In this document: positions 37,362 through 48,447 of the stretch, piece after piece | Numbering within the stretch: position 1 is the stretch's first letter | Layout: every line of letters starts with the position of its first letter | NCBI GenBank assembly: GCA_044892525.1 | Contig: CM097888.1 | Span: forward strand, 7,440,001 to 7,504,000 | Source of the DNA: Schmidtea polychroa | Lineage: Eukaryota | Length of the DNA stretch: 64,000 bases | Direction: 5' to 3' | Made by a program: the position numbers and the translations under genes | Notes under the pieces: generated by a model | The model's database searches: none | What the model saw: only the letters and a program-made list of their open reading frames with translations | What the model was told of the DNA's origin: nothing

Positions 37362-39340
37362 TGATGGGTTACAGGTAATCCACAATTTCGCTTTCGTGCT
37401 GTTTCCAGCGTAACCCAGAATACAAAAATGCTGTGTACCGCTCGATACCCGTTGAGTGATCGTTGGAACTGTATCAAGTGGGCGAGTGGCAACGAAAAGT
37501 GAGCATATCTTTATATACCTTTATATACTGTATACGGCAAGCACTCGTGCGGGTTCGCGGACTACCAATAGAAGGCCTACATCCGACTTTCATTTAGGTC
37601 CCCTTTCCGGTGATCGCTTGTACCTATGATTCGGCTCTTATTATAATATCACTGCTTAATCAACGAAAATAACTGTCTAAATACATGAATAGATTTATTT
37701 AAAGGAAATCAAGGTTATACAGATATTTACCACTGTACCTTGGTTGTGATCAATTTTCGATGCATCTTGAGTCGTGCCCGTTTGGCTTTTCCAGGGCATT
37801 TCTTTTTCTGGTTTACTGTTCGTCGTTTGGCAATTTCCATCATCTCTGTCGTCATTGATCGAATCTGTTTGCTCAATTCTTGGTCAATGACATACTGATT
37901 TACTTGCATCTCCAGCTGTTGCAATTGGAGCCGGAGCGCTTTCATCTCAACTTGATTCTGCGTACTTTGGAGTTTTAGTTATTGTATCTGTTTCAGCTTC
38001 TTCTGCATCTCTATGAAACTAAACCAGGTGTCGTCGATCTCCCCGTACCGTCCCTTGAACTTGATAATCCGGCGCCGTTGCTACCCCACTTGGACCCCAA
38101 ATTTTCCATTAATTGGATCGCTGAAAGAGAAACAAGAACTTTAATTTGTAAAGGTTAAGTCTTTTAATTTAATTCCGAAATAAGATGTTTCGTATTTGCG
38201 AGAACTCGTCCGTCCTTATCGCTCCCCTTCGCTGACGGCATCCAAATCCGACCCTATTTCCCATTATTATCTAAATCGAACTTAAATATAACTGAGTTCG
38301 GTTGTTAATTTTCGCTTTATATGGTTTACACAGTGCATTAAAACGTCACTCAGGGTTATATAAAATTTATTAGCTTGTAGTTAGGGTGGCTGTGGGCCAA
38401 AAATGGTAGATGTGTAGGGTTGGGATGGATCTCATTTATCTAAAAAAGAATAGCAATAAACAACGATTCCACTCAAGCCTGCATCTCTGTAGCTGTGATA
38501 GAATCAAAAAAGATTGATATAAAAAAGTTCATAATCAATTAATAAATAAAACTGTCCTTACTCAGAATTTTTCTCAAGCTAGATCAAAATAAAAAATTTT
38601 GGCATAAGAGTGATTTGTAAACGAAATGTATCGGTATATATACCCTAATTTTGGTGTGCCAGTATGTGTACGTGCATTGGTTCAGTAAAACAAATTCGAA
38701 TTATTTTAATTCTAGTTAATTTTGGATCTTAATTTTTATCGATTTTAATGGTGATTTTTTGTAAATTAGTATTAATTTTATTTTCTAATTTTGATTTTTG
38801 ATTTTTTTATTAAATTTGCCACCATGATGGATATGGGTGTTTCTAGAACATTCCATGATGTTTTCTGATATTTTTAATATAAAATTATAATTTTTCTAAA
38901 TTTTCTGTTGGTTCTTTATACATTTTATTAATTTTAATACTTAAATGTTTTCTTTTGTTGACTTTGTAAAGTTGTTCGGCGGACATGATAGATTTCGCCA
39001 TTTTATGGACTGTTCTGGGTTTTTACTTATTTTTGCTTTAATTTTGTTTCTCACTTGCTTTTTGTTGTTATTTTATGGAAATCGTTTTGATTTCTGTTCT
39101 CATTTTTTTATTATCGCCATTAATTCTTTACTGGGTTATGTGTTCATGTTGTGTTTGAGTAGGTTTTATGCAATGCTTCTTGGTTTTGTTTGATATTTAT
39201 ATTAATTTGGATTTGTAACCTTTCCTTAGTTGATGTTTTACTATTTCTTATTTTAACTTTACTTAGTGCTTGGGTGTGCATGTTGTGTACGTTTCGTTAC
39301 GATCTCTATACTTGGGCCCTAATTCAGTTTTTGTCCAACA
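37362..39340 (-). mobile_element. TG...CA-bounded element (copy E4), 1979 bp
   Basis: Ends TGATGGG and TCCAACA, perfect 4-bp TSD CAAT; CCAAT at 38676-80 and TATATATA at 38635-42 on the minus strand; ORF; 3' structured motif. Confidence 0.8.
37727..38110 (-). pseudogene. Coiled-coil ORF of E4, homologous to the 35656 ORF, two in-frame stops
   Basis: IIKFKGRYGEIDDTWFSFIEMQKKL versus IIKDLQAQIGRYKKKIDELEGTWFSPTQMKETRKKL; acceptor TTTCTCTTTCAG 11 nt before the ATG. Confidence 0.65.
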
Positions 39341-39676
39341 CAATCTTAGAACCATGTTCTTTGTAATTTTGGTGATTAAAAGCTGAATTATCATCGATGT
39401 TTGTTTTGTGTTTGTGTGCGTCTTCTGCTAAGATTTTTTGAATAATTACGGATTTATATTTTCCTATAAGTTTCCAAATAATATTTTATCTCAATTATGA
39501 CTTCAATCCACAACAATTTTTTTGAATCATAAATCTAATAGAAAGTCATAAATCGTGTATTAGATTATAAACCACTTCCTTAATTGATAATATTTATTTC
39601 CTAAAAATTTAATCTACCGAAACTAACAATAATGTAAATAACTGGTTGACTTTTTTCACGCTATTAAAATTTTAAG

Positions 39677-40116
39677 GAGATACTGCGATTCGAGAAGTTT
39701 TCGAAGAGACTGGTATTGAAACAAAGTTTTTATCGGTCATGTCACTATGGCAACGTCACAATTTTCCATTAGCGTTTGGTCGATCTGATCTTTTGGCTCT
39801 TTGTCGGTTACAGGTTCTAACTGATAAACAAATTGATTTCAGTCCCTGCCCAGTGGTATACGTCTTGATTTTTTGCATCTTTTATTAGTCTCATCAGGAA
39901 ATAGAAGAGTGTTGCTGGATTTCTCCAAGATCTGTTTTAGCCGAAAAGTCTTATATTCAGACCGAGTATTTGTCTACTGTATTAAAATTGATAAATCATT
40001 GTTTGGAAACAAACAATTGGTCTGATCATCAGATGATAGGAAAACCCATTTCTAGTAGGCATTCGAAGAGCTTGTATAATTTATACTTATCTGATACCTC
40101 ATGGAATAGCATATAA
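39677..40116 (+). CDS. NUDT6: Nudix hydrolase NUDT6-like, last two exons (39677-39855, 39898-40116)
   Basis: GDTAIREVFEETGI (Nudix box 3' half)...FGRSDL..LCRL...EIEECCW matches NUDT6; 42-nt GT-AG intron; TAA stop at 40114-16. Confidence 0.85.
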
Positions 40117-42038
40117 CTGTAGAATTTAATAAATTTTATTAAATAAATTATTAGTTTTTAATTTGTTTATTTGCTGTGAGAATGTAATTAAATTAATTAA
40201 TTTAAGTGATTAAAGTGATTAATTATAATAATTATTATGTGAATGTGTATGTGGATGACATATTTATTTAATCCAATTTCAAAATGAAATTATTAAGTGA
40301 TCCTTTAAGTTGAGCGGAATTGAACAAAACAAAGCGCCAGTTGATGGACTCAAAGGAAATTGAATTAAATTAAAAAGACGAAATGAAACCAAGTTATAGA
40401 AACCAGATTGTGGAGTGATAGTAAAAAAGGTGATGTACACTATCAACGCTCATTTTCAAATTGTCAATTGTATTCAGTTTTAATTGAAATAAAGTTGTTT
40501 TGTTAGGATTCAAGTTTTATTTACTCAATTCTTGAACACGGGCGAATTCCTATCGAGAAATTATTAATATCCCACCAGTGTGATCAATTGACAACTATTC
40601 AAAATATCATCGTAATCGGATTGTATATTTTTAATCGAAATCTTTGTAATCGCTGTTGTTTGATTAGATATTTAAAAGGAAGTAAATTTGTTATGTGTAA
40701 TGTACGCGGAGCAAATAAATATGAAATTATAATATTCAATTAAGATAACAAATGTAAGTCTCTATATTTTTATCTCAGGCTTATTATCATCTTGATCTGG
40801 AATATAAACAAAGTTGTTTTTCAACAACCTTTCTACTCCATGTAAGCAGATTTTAGTCATGCCAGTATTTTTAAATTCATCATATGACTTTACAAGATCT
40901 TAGATTTGTGAAATACCCTACATTCATGGTTGTAATCAAATATTTCCGCCATATCACACAATATGAATCTTGGTGCAGGAAATCGTAAAATTCAATTATT
41001 TCCTAAAATATTTGAAATTGTCTTTATATCCCGTGTTGATACTGAATTTAGGGAATTGTATCTACTGCAGAAGTTCATATTTCTTACCATTGATTGTCGT
41101 TTTAAATGGGCCGCAAAAATCAATTAGAATTGTTTCGTATAATATGGAAATCTAATATTTAATTACTGTCTCTTTGGTGCATACTGTAATTGTATTCTAT
41201 TTTAGCAGTTTTCTTAACTTTGAATCACTTTCAATTGGCTCATTCTTATTTCTCATCAAAATTAGAGGATATATAGTTATTCATTTTCCTTACTTCTGTA
41301 TGACAATGTCTGATGTGTATGATTTTTTTTACTATTTTATCCACTATTTTGGCTGAATTTCCTTGCCATTCTGAATCACTATTTCCCAACATCAATGCCA
41401 CTATTCTTGTTTTCACCTATCGTTTTTATAAAATTACATCCATTTAGGAAATCATACTGAAAGAGTTTTGGATGCAGGTCGTCAAGTCAACGAAGAGCGA
41501 ATTCAAAATAACCTGTTGGATTTGCCGCTAAAAAAGGGTGCTAAATGATGCATATGTTACAAATAATCGACAAACAATTCTCAACCAAATCAAAGAATTG
41601 AGGGTCGAAAACTCGAATTTGAGAATTGAGAACCTACTTTTATTAGATAAACTTTATCCAACGAAGATGTGTATAATAAATTTTTATTATTTCTTATTTT
41701 CATTTGTGTAATTAATAAAAGTAACCAAAAAAGCACCCTTCCCCATTAGACCAAAAAAGAATTTATGAGAGTCGAGGCTGGAGTTCACACATCTATCTAC
41801 TTAAATGACAGTCAATAGCAAATATTTTTTCCAAGTGTCCATTTGTGAGAAAAAAATTATTTTTTTCGGTGGAATTACATTCATTGGTTACTAATGATGA
41901 CTTTAAAAATATCGTTTCCAAAGATCCTTTCTAGAATTAGATAATTTCCTATAGTAATACCAGAAATTGTATGCAATAAAATAACCTGAAAATATGTTTT
42001 TCCAAGTTCAACTTATAGTAATAAAAAACTCATAGTAA

Positions 42039-42938
42039 TGTTGAGGATACCTGAATAGTTAGAATAACTTGGGGGAAAACCGATAGGGGGATTGAAATAG
42101 CATTCTAAAACTTGAAGAAAACAGAAAAGTAAAAAAATGAGAAATGAAGAAGGAATAACAAAACAAAAGAAATTCAACAATAAGGCGGAGAAATGTCACT
42201 TATAATTAATAAGTGCAAGAAACCAAAAACAAAACACGAAAACAAAATCGGCATCTCCAAACTTTTAGAGCTAACATGGGAACTAGTGAAAGTATGGAAA
42301 ACGTCATACGCAGATGAAATGGAAAAAAAAAGATGACGAATTATCCCCAGTGCCGAACTGTCAGGGGTAACACGGGAGTTGAAAAAAGAAAATGAAAAAT
42401 GCTAGAGAAAAAAGTTATCTTAATTAAATCCGAAGTGAAGTTGTGTTAAAATTGGAAAAGGAAAGTTGCGCGATATTTGAAAATTAAAATGAAGAATTCG
42501 AATTGTAATTGAAAGTTGTTGAATGCAGTAGTAGATTTAAATTGAATAGGCGACGTGATATTGTAGAGACCCGATATTGAGATAATTTAAGTGAACGGTG
42601 GGACGAAATTTGAATCAAATAAAAGAATTAGAGTATATCTAATAAAGTCACGTCAAAGAACATGGGTAATAGAAACCGATTTACCCAATTGTTGAGTCAT
42701 ATCAGCGGCTAGCGATTATTAGTGTATTTGGGAATTATACACTGTGATCTATTCCTCATTTATTGTTGTAATAAGCTTCGTATAATTGCCTACTTGGGTG
42801 TTGAATCGATCGTGTTGTTATAATTCGTGTAATCAACTGTGATAATCAATAAAGGTTTATATTGTCTGAGAATTGTTATTTTTTGGATCAAATCAGAGAT
42901 TTGATTGGCAACTTTTATATTTCACCAACAACCCAATA
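42039..42938 (+). mobile_element. Solo LTR (family 2), boundaries approximate
   Basis: Starts TGTTGAG and ends TCACCAACAACCCAATA, similar to the ends of 51080-52078 and of 63377 (reverse complement); no clear TSD. Confidence 0.5.
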
Positions 42939-43079
42939 AAATCAGAAGTGAGACGACAATATCTTTTTATGTAATATTTTATAAAGTCAATAAATTATTA
43001 CTTATATTAAACAAATGTATAATTAATATACAAGGCAAAATACATTAGGAAACTTAAAGTATGGAAAAGTTATAACCGG

Positions 43080-43810
43080 TGACCGTTTTAGCGAAGCGGG
43101 CACAATCTTCGTCACGTTTGTGATTTTAGTTTTTGAAGATTTTTTGCTTTTTTAGTTTTTATATTCTATCTTATTATTTTATGCCGTTTTTCTTTTTGGA
43201 TTTTTTCCTTTTCCGGTCGTTTTCTTTTTTATTCGTTAGCTCGGTTGTTTTAGCTTCTTCCTATTCTTCTATGCGTTTTTTGTCGCTTTTTCTTTTTCTT
43301 GTGCTTCCATTATTTCCTTTAAGCCTATCATATCTTCTTTTTGGCGTTTAGGTTTTATTCTCTTTGTGTTGTTGCTAAATCTTGCGTATTTAGCTTCGAT
43401 TACACTTTCGCTTTCTTCGGATTCTTCCGTTCTCGAATCTAATCTATGGGATTCATAGTCTGTTTCTAGATATCTATCCTCAACGTAGGATATTTCCTCT
43501 TCTTGTTCACTTTCTTCTGATTCTAATAATTTTAGGTATTCATCCCTATCATAGGATATTTTCTTTTCTTGTTCGCTTTCGTGGGATTCTAATATTTCTT
43601 CTTGGAAATTATTGTCCTCTTCTGCATGGGATTTTTTTTTATCCTTTTCTTGTTCATTTTCACTTCCTATGGATTCTATTATTTCCATTTCGGAATTTTT
43701 GTTCTCTTCTGTTTGGGATTTTTGTTTATCCTCATCCTCCTCATTTCTGTTTGGGAAGCCAATCAGTAATGTAAGGGAAAATTTTGTATGTTTAGTAATT
43801 TAGTCACGCT
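43080..43810 (-). pseudogene. Decayed acidic/basic low-complexity ORF, possibly gag-like
   Basis: Long Glu/Ser-rich open frame followed by a Lys-rich segment and a degenerate CPL(R)*NGH knuckle-like motif. Confidence 0.3.
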
Positions 43811-45291
43811 TAAATCTACACCAAATTAAACAACTTATAAGTTAAATTTTACAGAGAAAATTGCATTCTTCAAATCATGAGTTGAATGAAAAGCGAACTT
43901 TTTAATAAATTCACAAAGAATAAGACGTAGCGGTTTAGGTTGTATTAAATAGCAGATCATTCGCATTCGAATGGAATGACTATATCCAAATTCGAGTATA
44001 ATCCTTAAATTTAGAGAATTACCGGGGAATTATATTGAAAAGAAGAAAAGCTCGTAAGGTAACTCATCGGCATTTCGAGAAAGTTATTCTACAATTTTCT
44101 ACTCGTAGATATGAATTATTTGACATGTACACCATTTATGTCTTATATACGTTGATAAATCTGCCTTTAAGTAATAGTTCGATTGGTTGATAAATTACTA
44201 GAAGCTCGTGATCAAAGTAGAATATTTATATTATGCGAAGACAATATCTTTATATATAAAATTATTTATTGACGTATCTGTTAGTTTGATGCTAAAGATT
44301 GTCGGAAGTTACATTTAAAGCACCAATTGCTATTCAAAAAGTTAGATGTGTTTTAGAGTAATTAAGTATATGGATATTTAATAAAAAGATTTTGACTGTC
44401 AAAAGAGTTGTAACATTTGTCACATTTATATCACTCTCTCCTCCTCTTCTAAAAAATATATCTCATTTAATGGTGAATTATGTTTTCAGTATTTTGTACA
44501 TGCAAAACTTGTCTCAGGATTTTGTATATGGAATTGTGGTGATGCCAATTTTGTTACATGCATTTTCATGATCGAATTTGATATTGTCTACAGTGAAAAA
44601 TTATCTCAACCAAAACCACCAGAAATAGTGGTCAAAGCTGTTATTCAAAACTCATTCAACCATAAAACTCCTCATTAAAAAGATATAACCACAATTTCCT
44701 ATAGAAATATCATGAGAATATTTTTGTCTGTACAAATTCATCCCTCAAAAATATCCTTATATAAAGGAATGAGCAAGATAGGACGCATGAAATTATTGTC
44801 TCAAGCATCTAATGATATCTTTGCTTTGTTACAAATATCAGAGTTGAGAATATTTGAAAATTAAATTAAATAACTATTACAATTGTCTATTCTAGAAGCA
44901 CTTCGCAATTCCGAAACCTTTTTCATAAAGAGAATCGCAAAAGCTGTCTTGCTAATTAAAAAATTAAACATATTCTTGTCTTAGAATGAATTCAGATCCG
45001 GCTTATCAATAATGATAAAATTGTCCAAAATGAAATAATGACCTTAAATTATTTTTATTACGGTAATTTATTTATTTTTTTTAATATATGTTTTATAAGG
45101 ATTTCTTAAAATGAGTTTCTCAAATATATCATTGGCTCTACGAATGTCATCCATGACCTTTTCATGCATCTGTAATAATTGTTATATTATAAAATGCAAA
45201 TATAAATAATATATCTTAATGAATAAATTTGTTATAATTCAAAACAAAAAAAAATTATTATAAAACTAAGAAATAAATTAAAAACTAAATA

Positions 45292-46288
45292 CAGTGGCAG
45301 ACAAAGGTTAGTAGCACTACGTATTATTTATTACCATTTATTACAATACTTTTAGTAAATATTTATCAAATGTTTGTGATGCAATATAATCTAAACATAG
45401 AATTTAGAAAAAACAATTGCAGCAATATTTAAGCTTGATTTCTCTTGTTTGTCCTTATATATTTATATTTTTCTGTCTCTGCTTACTGGTCAAAAACAAG
45501 AACTTTCAAACTTTAAGGTCTCAAATAGTGATCTTGAAGAAGGAAAACTACTCTGAGAGGTAAATAACATTGAAATTAGGAGTACATTCATCAACTGTTA
45601 CTCGTACAGTTTCTAGATATTATTATCCTGGGATTTATTCATCAAAACATCGCTGTGGAAGGCTTACTGTTACTACCGAACGAGATCATTTTGACTGCTA
45701 TTAGCAGTACTGGAACATGTGGATTTTGGATCATGCACAACAATTAACTCCATTCTATATGTTGATATACTGTCATATCATCTCCTACCATACATAGCAT
45801 ATCATAACTTCACCCAGCTACTTCATGGCAGAGCAACATACCAATCGGGACAGGTTGTGCAAAGCTGGCTCATGAAACGCAATAATCCTATGGTGGCTCA
45901 TGAAACGCAATAATCCTATGGTGGCTCATTAAACGCAATAATCCTATGGTGGCTCATTAAACGCAATAATCCTATCGTGGCTCCTCTAGCCTGGGTCATC
46001 ACCAGGTCTAAAACCAAATGAAGAAAAAGTTTCAGCCAAGAAACCATAATCTATGCTTGATTTAAAACAGAAGATACATGATGTATGGTCAACAGAAATC
46101 ACCCCTGCTTACTGCGGCAGGTCAGTGAACTATATGCCAGCAAGAATTGTTACTGTCATCAAGACTAAAGATTACAAACTAAGTACCGAAAACTGCTTTA
46201 ATATGTTTATTAACTTTTGAATTGATTGTTAACTCTTATTTAATAGAATTTTAAATTGGAATAAGTGCTAGTAATCTTTTTGCCACTA
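45292..46288 (+). mobile_element. Decayed Tc1-type transposon
   Basis: Imperfect TIRs CAGTGGCAGACAAAGGTTAGTAGCACT; fragments RCGRLTVTTERD, INSILYVDIL, SSPGLKPNE (from SPDLNPIE) and VNYMPARIVTVIKTK. Confidence 0.8.
45866..45983. repeat. 28-bp tandem repeat x4 inside the Tc1 relic
   Basis: TGGCTCAT(G/T)AAACGCAATAATCCTATGG repeated. Confidence 0.95.
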
Positions 46289-46755
46289 CTATAACTTTTG
46301 ATAAAATATTTTGCACGAGTTTCCAAAGCTTCATTTTCCAGCCGGTTCTGATATCAATGATGATTTCCATTTACATAAATCTGAATAAATTATTCAAACC
46401 TTTCTAACAGAAAAACAAGGTTCAATTCTTTGTACTTTAAATTAAGTCGAAATTTTCAAATGAGATAATCCGCACTCTCTAGAACCTTTTTATTTAGAGC
46501 CCCTGGTGAAATACGAGTTTATGTTGCGTCTGTGTGCGTTTTTTTGCTTTTGACATTGGGTGTTTGTATGCGCACACAGACGCGATCAGTGTAATTTTGG
46601 AGCATTTTATTATCGACAATTGTCGAATGATATCGAATTTTTGGATTTATGTCAAGTTTTATTTTTTTGGATTTATATCAGTTGTTTAAATTTGGTAAGT
46701 TTTGTGATTGTTTTGAAAATACAAAAGTTTTAAAAATTCGTTTATTAATTTCAAA

Positions 46756-47245
46756 ATGGAAAAGGATATTATGATTGTATAGAGTTTAGAAGATGGCAAA
46801 CAGAGTGATGTATTATATGGACATTCAGAATCAATAACGAAATTAATCAACGAAACTAACTCATTCCTTGGAAGTGTGGATTTATGTAATCGTATGGAAA
46901 TTAAATCTTGATCAAATGAAGTTGAATAAATTCAAATCAGTTGAAGGTTCAGAAATGATTGACTTTAAGCGGATAGTTGATCCATTATCCAAATATGAAT
47001 TTCTATATATTCGAACAATAAAATTGGAACAGACGCGTGGAAATTTGGACACGAATCTCTATAAATTAATCTTTATGCTTGCTGTTATCCCCGAACATGA
47101 GTTATTACTATATGAGGAATCAAGTCAAAGGCTTTTAGCTGATGCTTCGAAAGAAGATGATGCTCAATTCAAGAGCGAGTTTATCAGAGCCAACATGTTC
47201 CGTTCGAAATTTAAACAACCCCATATCGATTATATATGGATATAA
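46756..47245 (+). pseudogene. WD40-repeat protein relic
   Basis: IMIV*SLEDGKQSDVLYGHSESITKL...GSVDL/VIVWKLN: GH...IT.L and GS.D..VIVW pattern with TAG at an expected Trp (46780) and a frameshift near 46885. Confidence 0.55.
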
Positions 47246-47593
47246 CCTATTATAATTTATGCCGAATTGTATCGGAAAAGAAACTTTGTCTTATAAACTT
47301 TACGAAGACTTTTTGAAGTTACTAATTTAGAAATTAACAAAGATGAAAATGAAAAAATGAGAATACAAACATTTCCAAAACTTTCTAATAAATAGGCTAG
47401 TTTAAAAATGAAATCATAATTTTTAACCCAAGTTTCTTCTTCTTTGCCATTTTCACAAGGAAAAATAATGTAGTGAAGGTATAATTATATCATATTTTAA
47501 AATATCTTTGACTCGATGATGAATTTGATTAGTTTGTTCCACGTCGGCAATTACCTGAGTATTGTCTTCTGTGGCACCTTTTGTAATTACATC

Positions 47594-48294
47594 TGTTGGG
47601 TATTTTGTGCAAGTCGGTATCACTGTCTGACTCATTTGTGTCCTTTGAAAATAAGTTAAACAACCCAACACAATCTATATTCGAGACTAATACAATTACA
47701 CTTGGGTTACACTTTTTATCGATTCAACCACACTTTTTTGCACTTTTCAATACCACTGTAAATCTTACATAGGGATAAATCTTCCAATGGGAGTTTTCCG
47801 TTTCTGGTACGCTCGATTTTAAAAATATTCCGTTATCACTAAGTTCAAAATTTTCTTGGTTTTACTCTCGCAAAATTGTTCGTTAACTTTTCTTCGCTTC
47901 TGAGCTCTCTTTTTATACTGTTCAGAAAATTATCTAGAAAATTGCGCTAAATTATCTCTTCGGGAATTTTGGGTTTTTTGTTTATTCTAATTTGTTTACC
48001 CTTGATTAGGGCTAAAATATTCCTCCTTTTATCTCACTGCCATCGGGTTTCCTACAACGCTTAGCTTTCCATTACCGATTAATTAATTTTAATTAATTTG
48101 TTTTTTTCGCATTAACTTTCCATGTGAACATTAAATTTTCATTATAATTTCTGAAGTCGTCTATCAAACCGTTCAATATTGATTTTTGATTTTTAATTAA
48201 TTTTAATTAATTTTCCACTTTTATTGATTTTTCCATTATTTATTATGCTTTCCTTTTATATATGAATTTTTTGGTGTTTGCGGTAACCCCAACA
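47594..48294 (-). mobile_element. Solo LTR (family 2), 701 bp
   Basis: TGTTGGG/CCCAACA termini, perfect 4-bp TSD CATC, internal homology to 51080-52078. Confidence 0.85.
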
Positions 48295-48447
48295 CATCGT
48301 TCATGTTTGCACTTCAAGTACTTAAGTTTGGGATGTCCTAATTGTTAATTTTTGATTTAGCCGTTGTTAGATTTGAAAGGCTTGAGTTATTGATCATTAA
48401 TTTCTTTATGTTCGTATAAGTAATATTTATATTGGTAATGTTAGAAT

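Noticed and set aside
37385-37432. Group II intron domain V or BTE resemblance of GCTG-GAAA-CAGC-AC
   Set aside because: No AGC/CGC triad, an insertion of about 20 nt in the 3' strand, no domain VI, and the BTE GGAUC leader and pentaloop are absent.
19408-39193. Hydrophobic F/L/I-rich track ORFs (19408, 32467, 38945, also 43133)
   Set aside because: Translations of T-rich strands of the A-rich element arms; compositional artefacts.
40300-41560. Possible multi-exon host gene (several GT/AG-bounded open stretches)
   Set aside because: I could not join the exons into one consistent frame or recognise a product; needs RNA-seq or ab initio prediction.
44000-45180. Possible small-exon gene
   Set aside because: Candidate splice phases conflict and no domain is recognisable.
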